Origin: Bugula neritina
Taxonomy: Eukaryota; Animalia; Bryozoa
Length of the DNA: 64,000 nucleotides
Direction: 5' to 3'
NCBI GenBank assembly: GCA_964035545.1
Contig: OZ037767.1
Span: 4,790,707-4,854,706, forward strand
The translations under genes were made by a program, and so were the position numbers. A model generated the notes under the pieces. That model worked only from the letters and a program-made list of their open reading frames with translations. It made no database searches and was not told the DNA's origin. Below are positions 25,601 to 38,200 of the stretch, piece after piece (position 1 is the first letter of the stretch; every line of letters begins with the position of its first letter).

Positions 25601-25852
25601 CTTTTAACAGAGGAGTACGAGAAATGCAGCATTGATTTAAAAAGTCAACAACAAAGTTAGAAACCACAATTAAAATGTTTATATTAGAGCTTCAAATACA
25701 ATAAAAAGCATAATTTAATGTTGTACAACTTATTATATCAAATATCAATACAACAATGTAAAATAAAAACTCAGCATTCAAAGCAGGGAGAGATTTCTGC
25801 TATAAGAGGATGATGGGTCAGGGCGAAGCTCAAAGGTTAAATATTACAGAGG

Positions 25853-28800
25853 TTAAAAGTCACCAGATATAGCAGAATCTTCAACTTCATTGCTTGCGGG
25901 ATAGTAGACTTTAAAGTTGAACTTTGACAAAGGAAATGACCCCTGAAATATACCAGCATCACCATGGTGACAGGCGATTCGAATACCATAAAAGGAGACA
26001 ATATTATCTACAGAAGTGCAAAGTTGGATAAATAAAAAAAGCATTTATTGTGTATAATTATTGGTTAACAATATTAATTCTATATGACTACTTAAAAATT
26101 TTGAGAAGTTTTTCATACATGCACTACTAATACAGGGGTGAAGATAATTAGTATATCACACTAGTATAGTAGTGAATATAATGTCACAAATACTGTGAAT
26201 GCATTTTAAGTATTACTTTAGCTTACATCAACTTGATTTATGACTTAAAGCATTGCAGCAATGGTTGGAGAAGCAAAGGTCGTTTCAGATTGGCATGACA
26301 TAAATTTCACGATATCTTTACAGTCGGATAAAAATTTCACACAGAGTCGCTGCAAGTAGCGATGTATTATAAATTGTACTCAAAATAATTAAAGCAGCAA
26401 AACAATTCATTACGTAAATACACCACCAGATCGTATTTTTGAAACCGTAGGAGCGCATTTGCTTAAACTATAAACCAGTCACTAATAACGAATAAAAAGG
26501 AATATTCTAGACGTAATTACATCAGGTTTTACTATGACTTTGCAAAAAAGACACATCAACACAGCTAATTACTCTAATGAGATGCTCCCATGATAGTTTG
26601 TACAATTTATATGAATGGATATATTCACACAACACACTACATTTTTACGTAACACCCAGTTGAGCATCACAGCTAGAGATAGGAAATTATTGACTACACT
26701 TCCATTCCATGTTTAACAAAAAGTAGTAACAGATATGAAGACTGGAACAAAATATTACTGGAAATTGTCTACACGCAGCAAAGCGGATACTGAAATTAAC
26801 TGAATTGTCATGTAGTGAGCCTAAACTTTGCAATATTTAAAATTTAATAACATTTTAAAGGTACACGAATAGCTAAACTGTATTAACCAACAACTATATA
26901 GTATTAGAGGCTCTTCAACCATAGAAATCATACTTAGTACCAACTATGAACCAGAGACACACTTACTGGGTTGCTGACGATGCAGCCGGAGCTCTCCTCC
27001 GTGTAGGGGTAGTAGTTATCGGCAGCGATGACGAGGTTAGGAAGGGGATGTAGTGACATGGCGTGATCGTACTGCCAGTAGACAGGCATCGTGCTAAGAG
27101 GCAGCAGAGCCAGGTTACCAGCTGACACCAGGGTTCTTGTGAACTACAAGAGTACAGCATAAGGGAGTTGTCTCCCCAAACATGATGTACAGATAACTCC
27201 CACAACTACAAGACTTTTGTTTATAGTTGCAGACTTGTGTTATTGGTCAACAGTGTGTTGAAATATTTCATTAGCTGATAGACACTCACGTGATGAGTTA
27301 AGTTGTCTTTAGGGCTGTTGACTCTGCATTTAAACATTTTGGGAATCAGATCTTCTCTGAAGACAACGATTTCCTTCGTACAGTATTGGATTCTACAAGG
27401 ATTTGTCGTGAAAATAGCGCTTTTCACCTAAAAGCAGCATCCAGTGAATCATGTTATAGAATAGGATTAAATCATAGAGTAATTGGAACTGATGAGACTT
27501 CATAGATTACTAGAAATTTTATTTAAAAAAATAGATAAACTTCTAATAAAGTCGTGACTAGAAGCGATCTTATAAGAGAGAGAGATCACCTGTTTAGTTA
27601 GTCCAGCAGTAACTGAACTTAAGAGAGGAGGGCGAGGATAAACTGAGAGACTGCCTGCGTCTTCCATAGCCGGGACAAACACAAATTTAGATTTTTCTTT
27701 CAAACCTTCGACAGAGGATATGAGCTGGCCAAGTTTCTTCAGGTTTTCTAGAAGAGTATTCAATAGACTACAGCGTACTTATATATATAGTGAATAGCCT
27801 GCATAGAACCCCTTTCTATCAGGGGTTCTTACAGGGATGGTGACTATGAAACTGCGCAAGATATAGAACTCATAATTGAGGATTTGTGATTGTTAAAATT
27901 ATTCAGATGCTCCGCCATGTAGCATTACAGCCATTACTCTATTGAGTTACATACCATGGGGGGAGGCGCTTGGATAGTTTCAACTCTAAAGAGTTCACTT
28001 TAAACCTAATCTATAATTTAAACTTTGATAAACTTATGAAATTTCGTAGTACTGGCGAACTTCAATATACCGTAAACGCTGGCATACTATTCACAAAATC
28101 AAACGTAATTTTAAGTTTCAACACAAAATTTCTGTCACAAATTAACAGGCGACTAAAACCAACAGCTATCAAACAAAAGGTATAAATAGAAGTGTATGTG
28201 GAGGCCTTAGGAAAAGGTAGTGAAGCTACCTGCAAGAAAACCGCAAGGGTCTACACGAGCCCTCGGAGATACGAATGGGCCGCACATCACAAACGCTATC
28301 GGAGGAGACTTGCTGTAACCGGTAAACAGGATGTGCAACTTGCTCATCACCTCCGAGTTGTCTAAGTGTACGCATGAGAGGAAGACCTGGAACGGAAACT
28401 CATGAGTCAACTGCTTGTCTTACAAGAGATCTGATTGGCTATCAGGAGAGGCAAGCATTAACACTGGTATCACGTAACACAGCTTATATGAAAATTTGCT
28501 ATAGTAAATAAAAATTCAGTCTGTATCAAAATATTTATTGTTTACGAATTGTCAAGGTCAAACCTGCAATGAAAAAATGAAAATAAGTATATGAGATAAA
28601 AAGCATAAGCAGTTAAAAAAAGTAAAATATTCTCTTTTCACAGAGTTTCAAACCAGTAAAGTTTTCACCCTGCAGAGAAATATCGTACTGACTCTAAGCA
28701 ATAACGTCCACAGTATAAGTATATAATATAAAGTTATATAACATATAGGAAGTATAAAATATGACAACTAAAATAATCAGTTTGAATGACTAAGAGAGTT

Positions 28801-31800
28801 ATGAGAATATTATTCAAGTGGATGTCTCTATATTAACATTTTAGTGGATATTCACACTACCTTTACAATAAATACTCATTTTACTCATTCATTCTGACAA
28901 GATAAGTGTTGACACAAACATTACATTATATTGAACTTTAAAGTATACTATATAAAAAGATATGACAAATGTTCATAAAATCTAAAATTAAATAATATCC
29001 CGAGAGGTATTATAATACAATAAAAGTTAAATCATGACACACTAACAATTATATAATACAATAAGAATTAACGAACGGAAAGTGAAATATGATGCATGCA
29101 AATCAAAATACTTACTATAAATGCATTTGGGTCCTCAATTTCCTTAGAAACCAGCACCTGATTGGCTGCGGCACATGTAGTTAATTCTCCACCAAAGAAG
29201 TTTATGTCACCAAATTGAGCTCTAAACGACATGCAGATATCAATGGTGCAAGAAACATAAACTAGTATGAAGTACTGAACAATTTCTCATCAAAATCTAT
29301 TCATTACGCTCTTCAGTTTTAACTACGCTGCCCTTTAATAGCAAAATATTCAAAAGAAATGTTAACAAAGTAACGGAGGCAATCGCCTGAACTGTTATAA
29401 TAATTTCTGAATATTGCTTTTTAAATACTCAACTCTCGCTCAAGTTACATCAAAACATCTTTTTAATATGATGGTTGTTTATATTGTAAGCTCCTCCCAC
29501 TTATTGTGACTATATAAATACTGTGTCTTATATCATGATTCAACCTAATGAACCAGAAGCTGAACCACACCTTCATACGCGGCTACAAATTATTACAAAT
29601 CACTCACAACAATCAAGACACCAGCCTTTATGTCACCCAATATTAGGCGAAGTTATTTCACCTAGTAACCGAAGCTGTCTCACTAGGGGGCAGGCTGATA
29701 ACATTGGCATACAGCACATCCTGTTCATAGCTTCCGTCACACAATACAAAAGTCCCGTCACATATGAGACCAGGTCCGTATTCTACCTTACTCAAGTCTA
29801 ACTTCACAGCACCATTGAAATCCTCTATGTACCATTGTCCCTAGCAACATATCAACACAATTTAATAACCCCTTAGCAACCCTGTACATACTTTGTTATC
29901 CCTACCAGCTGATAAGATATGCAAGTGTATTGTCCTAAACAAAACCTGAATGAATACAGGTTAAACAGCAAAAACCAAAGCACATATTATGTAATACTAA
30001 ATACCAATCTTGTAAACAAGAATGCAACATGAGTATAAACTAAAATAAAGAGATTACAAACTAAAATATAGAGAGTATAAACTAAAACACAAATATTATA
30101 ACCCACAATACAGAGAGTATTCACTAAATTATGGAACAAATTGGATAAAATACATAATGTATAAACTAAAACACAGAGTAAACATAAAAGGTTGTGGCTA
30201 CAAAGTAGCAAACCTACCGGCTGAATTTGAGTGATCATACCAAACACTGTAATATTTTCCATCAGCACATTACATCCATACAGAGCCTCCAAAGGCTTCA
30301 ACTAAAACATATAACAAGCTTGAACTGCAATACTGTAAACTAGTGAAGTTTAAGGCACACAATAGTTGGCGAGTTTGAAATAATCAGATGAAGGAAGTTG
30401 CCCATTCCTAGCATAATCTTTGCAACATTAAAAGCCAGTAACTGTCAGACTAGCAAGTCTATGATTGTTAGAGATTATACTTGGTACATAACATTTCACC
30501 TTGTACTTATTTGAAGAGTTGTCTTTCACTGTAACAGACTTGTTGGCAAATATTGGATTGCGAAGAACTCTTTGGTAAATATAATTGTATCTATTCCTGA
30601 AATACTCTGTAAAGTGGTCTGCACAGTCTGTGAAAAGTGTGGCTTTACTTCTACAAATTACAGGAAATGACATTACATTGCTCGTGTTGTATGCGAATAA
30701 GAAGCAATCATTTCTAATTAGTGAATATAGGTTTAGCAAGTAACTCATTTGCAAGCTTTTCCTGAAACTAAAACTCTGTATTTAAATTAAAACAAATAAT
30801 TTTTAGAAAAAGAAATTAACGTAGTACTTTGCTCAACTCACAGTACGAATCTTTGATTATCACGATCAAATATGAATCTCGGAGAGTCGAAAGCACCGAT
30901 CACGTCAAATAATTTGACTGAGCCATCTTGTTTTTGTCCTGTAACTTCCAGAACAGCCTGCTCACACTGCTCCCTTGTAGTAAGGCCTACACTAGCTACA
31001 AACACAACTGACTTAAACCTTATGTAGCTGAACAAGTCAACTAATACCAGTTTAGGAAACTGCATTATTTTTTATAAAATGATTAGTGCCTTAACTTAAA
31101 ATAAGATAGTCGAAGAAGATATAACAGGTAACTTCATGAACATAGTAGTGATTTAGAGTTTTGCTTCAAAATCAAAGTATTTTCCAACAAAAGCAGTATG
31201 ATAGATTCACATTACCTTTTTGTTTAGCTAAGCTACTCCATATTTCTTCGATGGCAGCATCTCTTTCATTTGGAGCTAAATCCACTAAGATTTCCACCAA
31301 ATATTTAAGTGATTCACTAAATATGGTAAAATAAAAATATAACTTTACCAAACAGCAACATGTAAAAGAAAACTTGAAGGAAATTATTGACACTGGTACA
31401 AATTCAATGAAAACAAAATTTCCAGCACAACAGTCCTAGTCTAAAAGTGAGTTTTGAACCGTTGACTTTCTTTTAGAGGGTCCTCTCTTGGGCCTTTAAC
31501 TTTTGGAAGGATCACTGAACGGTGAGAAATTATTTGAAGATCCTAGTCTTAATGAACCCAGCACGGCAATGTTCGAAACTTGTCTGAAGACTTTTGATTT
31601 TAGCCATAAATTCTACAGCCCTCTGCTCAGATTCGAAATTCTAATTGAAAGCGACATTACTAAACCTGATTAGCCATTGACTTAAAATTAAATTGCTGTG
31701 ACTTGATCCATACCAAATCAGTAATTTATAACATATCTAATAATAGTAATAGACTAATAGTAATACTGATGCTTTCAATTTTTGATAACATAATCATGAA

Positions 31801-31958
31801 CTAAAACTGACAGAGATCAACTTTAAATTGAAATTCAAACTCTCACTTTGACTTTGACAGTTGGAGATAAGAATTAGAAAATACCTGTTCAATGAAAGAC
31901 CATAGAGCTTGCTGCTTTTGATAATACTGCTTTTTAGTTTTACTATACTTGACGCCAT
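25853..31958 (-). CDS. POLE2: DNA polymerase epsilon subunit 2 (Dpb2), complete, 12 coding exons
   Basis: Exons 31958-31885, 31316-31216, 30995-30842, 30650-30500, 30301-30218, 29840-29662, 29221-29116, 28386-28230, 27747-27590, 27427-27290, 27143-26967, 25942-25853; all GT-AG. Motifs: VIGAFDSPRF, FRNRY, IEDFNGAVKLDLS, NFFGG, VFLSCVHLD, FVFVPAMED, FTTNPCRIQYCTKEIVVFREDL, PVYWQYDHAMSLHPLP, NPGSFPLSKFNFKVYYP...VEDS. Confidence 0.96.
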
Positions 31959-33511
31959 CTTTGATTAAATAATCAATTATAACACTGTGTATTCATAATG
32001 AAATACGTAAACTAGTATTTTGGTGAATATAAAGTTTTCTGAATTAAATTTCATCGACAACGTAGAACACTGAATACTCACAATGCTGACTTGTTTATTA
32101 GTGTGAGAATACCTACATTAAAAATATTTCTGTTCCCACAAATAATAAATGTATAACTGGTAGCTTTTCTCAGACTACTTACAGCTCCCGCAAAATTTTG
32201 CTCTTACAGCGAGTGCAACTGCATCTTTCGAACTTTGCAGGAAATTGTTTGACAACTAATCCAAATCATTTTTTGTAAATTACCCCCTAATAGTACCCAA
32301 TAATTATAAAGTTTATCCAAGGACGTCATTGCGTATGAAAAGTAAAAGCTAAGAACTAAGTTATAAGAACTTCTTAGTTCTAAAAGTAAAACTAGTTAAT
32401 GATACAGTCTTACTAACTAGTTATACTTCAGTCATACTGATAGTGATACTCACAATGATGAATGAATCATGAATGAATGATGATCATTATTTCATAGTAA
32501 ATATTCACAGTGACAGTAGTGAGTTGTCAGTCTAGTCACAGTGATACTCATACTGATTGTGAGTGATAGTGATACTAATGGTGATACTCATAACTCATGA
32601 CTCATGAGTCATGCTATTACTTTGCTATAACTTATAACTATTACTATAACTATAAGTATTATAATTGTATTTATAATCATGATGAATTCGAAGTTTTTAT
32701 CATGAATATGATAATCATGATTAATTTGATGTTGTTTAATTTAAAATTAAATCTAAACGTCTTACGGCAGCAAAGTACTTAATCTTCAAAATAGAATTTG
32801 AAGTGGTAGAGCTCTGCCTATTGCTATTGCATTGGCATTGCAGATTGCTAAATACTAAATAATAAATTAAACCTTGAAGTTGATGCTAAAATTTAACTCA
32901 AGTAGCTAGATTACTAGTAATTATAATACCGTACTCATACTGAATCTCAATCTGATACTCATTCCGTCTCATAATCGTTTTGGTAATGGTAGAAAATTTA
33001 AATTGTATTTACACTAACTTCAAGTGAATTGCTCTAAAAATACTTAATTTGAGTAAATAAAACTCAATTGCTAAAAGTATAGCAATCGGTTTTGGAAGTG
33101 TCAAATACTTGCTTATGGACCAGTAGAAATAAAATTATCACCAACAGATTGCTAACTCATTGGTGACAGTAATACTAATTTTTTTCATTAGGATTACTAT
33201 TAATTGTTGTGATTTTCTTTAATAATTATGACTTATCTAATTGCTGTAGTTTACACTAATGTTTATCATTCCACTGGTGCTATACTATGACAATGATATC
33301 CATATAGATAGTAAATTCTCTAATTCTAACTTGGCTTGTGCAGATACTAATCACCTTGTAATTGTTCATTGAAACTTGATGAATCGTTTGTTACTTAATC
33401 ACTCACAGTTTGTGATGTTATTAAATAAAGTATGCTTATTGCTTGATTTGCAATGAGGTGTTCAAGTGTAAGCTAAATTTCAACAGATAAAGATTTCAGT
33501 TGTAGGTAAAC
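31959..33511. promoter_or_regulatory. Probable bidirectional promoter and 5' UTR region for POLE2 and WBP4
   Basis: Divergent ATGs lie 1.55 kb apart. There is an E2F-like GCGGGA on the - strand at 32186-32191 and a CRE-like GACGTCA at 32322-32328; both motifs are short and could be chance. Confidence 0.55.
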
Positions 33512-34417
33512 ATGTCAGAGTATTGGATCTCACAAGGAAGGCGTATGTGCACGTACTGCAAGTGTTGGACTGCAGACAACAAAGCATCTATTGCATTTCA
33601 CGAGCAAGGTAAAAACCATAAAGAAAATGTAAAACGTAAACTTGATGAGCTAAGAAAAAAAGGCTTAGAAGATGCACGTAGTAAAGCATCTGAAAGTTCA
33701 GAAATGGAGAAGATAGAGAAGGCAGCTTTGGCTAGCTTAAAGAAAGATCTACAAACCGACAAGGGAATGGGTAGCGCATATGGTCTGAGTACTGATCAAG
33801 TAAATGCAGTTACAGCTAAGTTAAATTCAAAGCCTCCTGTCAGTTCTACAAAGTCAATCCCTCGCCCCAAGAACAATAAAACTAAACCATCAAACATGGA
33901 CAAAGATGTTAATAAAGAGTCGTGTAAGGTTGAGACTACCTCTTGTGACTATGGTGATTGGACGACAGCTTACAATGAAGAAGGTCATTTGTATTATTGG
34001 AACACAGTTACTAATGAAACCAGTTGGTATCCACCTGATAACAATGTCACCCAAGATTCAAACACCCAGTTACCCTATGCCAATAACACACAATATTCAA
34101 ACAAATCTAATCATTCTGCTTATGGACAATGGGAGAACGTAAAAACTGATACTGGGCAGGAAATTATTGACTTGGATTTACCAACAGACAGCAAGAACAA
34201 TGTGACTGCCCCTGAAGACATACCACTTCCACCTTCTGCTTCAGACTCTATAACTGCTGAGAACGTTGACTCAGAAAAGACTGAATCTCAAACTAATAAA
34301 TTCAAAACCAAGAGAGTGTCTCTCGGTTCTAATAACACAGCGTCTGAACCTGTGGCATTTAAAAAGCGTAAAGTAACTAAGCAGAGGCAAGCAAGAAGCA
34401 ATTTAGATGATGAATGA
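33512..34417 (+). CDS. WBP4: WW domain-binding protein 4 (FBP21), spliceosomal; single coding exon, 301 aa
   Basis: N-terminal MSEYWISQGRRMCTYCKCWTADNKASIAFHEQGKNHKENV is a U1C/matrin-type zinc finger. Also MEKIEKAAL, the WW domain WTTAYNEEGHLYYWNTVTNETSWYPP, AYGQWE, DLDLP and a C-terminal VAFKKRK. Confidence 0.95.
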   Translation: MSEYWISQGRRMCTYCKCWTADNKASIAFHEQGKNHKENVKRKLDELRKKGLEDARSKASESSEMEKIEKAALASLKKDLQTDKGMGSAYGLSTDQVNAVTAKLNSKPPVSSTKSIPRPKNNKTKPSNMDKDVNKESCKVETTSCDYGDWTTAYNEEGHLYYWNTVTNETSWYPPDNNVTQDSNTQLPYANNTQYSNKSNHSAYGQWENVKTDTGQEIIDLDLPTDSKNNVTAPEDIPLPPSASDSITAENVDSEKTESQTNKFKTKRVSLGSNNTASEPVAFKKRKVTKQRQARSNLDDE

Positions 34418-35221
34418 GAGTTTGCATTTATACACAGCATGTAATAATATTTTTAAGTCACAAACTTGCAGCACTAGCAAAATCATTTTTTAACACAATA
34501 GATACTCTAAATTTATTTTATGAATATAATTGTGATTTTATATTCTGAACTGTTGGTGTAGTTTATTAACGTATTTGTGCTGATAAATAATAATATGTTT
34601 ATATAATAAAATGCTTGCTGAGTAAAAACATAATAAAAATGGTGATCATCAATCTTTAAGTGAATTGCATTTGAGCACTTAGTAAAAAAATGCATATGCA
34701 AATATTATAACTATATACTAAACATAGCAACTGAGCAAGACTGCATACATTGTTGAATAGTAAAAATTTAATAAAAAAACAGGAAGTGATTTTACAAATA
34801 ACCAATAAATAACATGAATATCTTGAAATGAAATAATACAACGGCGACTTTGAATATCAATTGAGATGAATGTATCAGCAATGTGAGCACCATTGTTCTG
34901 TATTATAATAAATAATATATTTGATCCTGGAATGTCATCTCATATCTGTAATAAAATTGAATTTATAATAAGAAGGCAGGAGATAGAATAGTAATATTTT
35001 CTGCTGTTGCTGGGTTAGAATATTAATAAGTATTTTCAGCAGAGCATTACTTGGGGTATTAAATTGTATTTTTAATACCGACAAATCCCTGCTAATAATG
35101 ATCTGCATGAAGTTTCTAGTTTTATAGAGCATGAAAGTTCCAGCAATAGCCCAAGCACAGTGATGTATAAAAATACCACTCACTTGATTTAAAGGTGATC
35201 ATTACTTGAACGAGCTTGATA

Positions 35222-38200
35222 CTAGCTAACCAATGAGTCAAGAGTATACTTTCTTGAAGGTCTGTCAATATCATGGTTCAACTGATCGGTCATACCCAGA
35301 TCTTCTGGGTCCAATTCATTTTCAAACATTCTCATTAACAAGACTTCCACTTTCTTCCGACCTAGCGCAATGCAGAAATTATGTATTAGCGTAAGATCAA
35401 GACTAAATCAACACCAGTTTAATGAATCCACACACCTCATGATTGAAACTAGAGTACCCAATTATTTCATATTGTAATTATTTAAGAAGAAAAATTGAGA
35501 TTTCAACTGTTGATTTTTATGCTCTTATAAAGCATTAAAAATTCTAGTTTCAAAGTGAAAATACAGGATTGTAATATATAAAAAAATTCAGTACATCATT
35601 TAAAGTGAGTACTCTTCATTTAAAGGATTCAATAAATAAAAGTTGCATCTGACCTCGAGCCTTGCCTAATGCTCAAATTAAACTTTTTATTAGTGCGAAC
35701 TCGTCAAAAATACTCACCAATAGGTACCTGCTTTTGTTTGGTAACATAAAGTGACTATAAAACATATGTGTGCGTGTGTATGTGTGTGAGGTGTGATGGT
35801 ATGTTTAACAAGATAAATCAATTACAACAATAAGCAAGCAATTTGAAGATCGAAAATAAATGATATCCTTGAAGTAGTTACAATGATGGCTGTGCACTAA
35901 CTTTGTTTAACATGAAAGCGTGTCCCTTCCTCTGGTCTTATCTCGGTCTCCATGTCATCAATAATTACTTCTTTGTCTGTCCCTTTCTTCTGCTCTTCTC
36001 CCTTTTTCTTTTGACTGTGATTGTAAAACAATAAGTATAGTGTAAAAAGCCAACTTTTCACTATATTTACAACCTCAAGTCAAGCTGGGTAGGGTTGTTT
36101 TCTCTTTCGAATATGTTCAAAGTAGAAAATTATTCTTAGTGTGAGTGTGTTGTTTAATATCAGATGTTGCTGCTGCATTAAATATGAATTTCCTCAATTA
36201 CATTCTATTATCACAATAACATAAGCAATAAATAATAATGGTGATGTGTTTATACCCAAGAGCATATCCAAGCTGAAGTATCTTTGCTTCAAAGTGACTC
36301 TCGAATTTACTCTTCGACAGAGAATATTCCAAGATGAAGGCTTCCAAAATGAACGCAATAAATATGCTACAATGACAAATGTGTTATCAAAACTTATCCT
36401 TCAAAACAGAACAATAAATTAACGTTTATTGAAAACTATCATAAAAAAAAGTATATCTTTGAGAGAGACAAATATATAATACTAACAAGCAAATGGCTCC
36501 TACACTAAAAAGCTATAGCTACATTAATCTAAAAGTAGGGCTTTATGTAACTGTATGCAGTAAAAGTAAAATCATTTGAATCACTGCATACCAGACTAAC
36601 CCTCAAAAGAGAAAGTTGAGGAATGTGCTACTAGGTCTGCCCTTAACATAAGAAAATTGCTATTAGCTACTATTATGCAGCTACAACCTCTCTGCTACGG
36701 AAAGTACAAAACCTGATAACATAATAGCAAGACATTATAAGTAACAGCTTGAAAAAGCTTTTCCCAAAGCAGGTGTAAGCATCACAGCATCATATTGTGT
36801 AGCATAGAACAGCAAGGTGGAAGAGCAGAACGCATTTAGTATAAACCTTACTTCATTATGAGTACCACTACAGTCAGATGAAAAAGTAGAAAGTAGATCT
36901 TGGCAGCAGGATGAGTCACCAACACAAATCCAGAAGTCAGCACATGCCATTGGTTGACCACAGTCAGCTCTGACAGCACCACCAACGCCTGACCAATGTT
37001 GTTGAAGTTGTTGCTGCAAGAAAAACACAATTATGCTTTTCCAGCTGCTATATGATTCAAGCTTTTAACACAATGTTTATAATTTAAATGTAACTGATTT
37101 TAGGTCTGCCCACATTGGAACAACTTTGTGAAAAGCATTGCTATTGAGTCTATCATCAAAGAACAAAGAAGCTATTGGAGGTGTTCAATTATGTTTAATG
37201 TAAATCTTGTACTAAAGTGTGCTTGTGTGTAAAAACATAAATTCTGCTCTGCCAATCACAACACATCAGTTTTAATAACTGCTAACAAAGATTTTAGAAA
37301 CCGCACTGTATCTAACAAATGATTGGTTTGCTAAAACAGATGTTTTTTTCACAAAAACATCTCAAAGTGAACATACATTCCCAGTACTACTGCAATCAAC
37401 TTGCATGTTATGTCGTATTAAATAACCAGTAATATCTCAGACATACCTGCAGTATCTATCTATCCAGAATTCTGAATCTTTAAGAGCAATATTGCCACAG
37501 TAGTATTGGTTTTCAGACAGGTTTTCCAGAGTATACGTGTCGTTACCAAAATACCGAATTCTATTTTGAAATATTTCCATTCCAACGATAGCAAAGGAAT
37601 AGTAGAATGTCTGAAACAAACCCATATAAAATGTCTAGAGTAATGACACAAATAAGCATAAAATATTTCAAAAGCAAAATATTGTAACTTGAATCATTAT
37701 TATTCAACAGTGCTTCCAAAAAAACCAATTATTTGTATAGACTTACAAACAATACACCTCCATATATTATAATAGATGGCCCAATGTTCACCAGCGTAGT
37801 AATGACAATTCTGAACCTGCAATTAAAACAGCAATTGAAAATAAATGCAATAAATATAGCTACTCAAAAAAGCTACCACCACAAGTTTTACCAAAAACAT
37901 ACAATAGAAGTAGACCAAGTTCCTACCTGTCAAATCCATTGACCAGTTTAACGAGACGCAGTACCCGAATAACCAATATAATGTCCAGAGTTTGTCCTTC
38001 AAGGTCTTTGAGGTGATCAATAGCTTCCACCATTGTGGCTATGATAGCACCACCAATAACTACCACATCAAACCTGCAGCAAGTACACCATAAAACAATC
38101 AGTTTATAAAGCTGTGTATCAAAAGAGAGTTCTCTAAAGTTGAAAAGGTTATAGACAACCACCGATGCCATTACTACATTGCAAAACATTCCCAACAGAA

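Noticed and set aside
27806-27830. 9-bp stem hairpin AGAACCCCT...AGGGGTTCT in a POLE2 intron
   Set aside because: An isolated short inverted repeat with no supporting context; plausible by chance.
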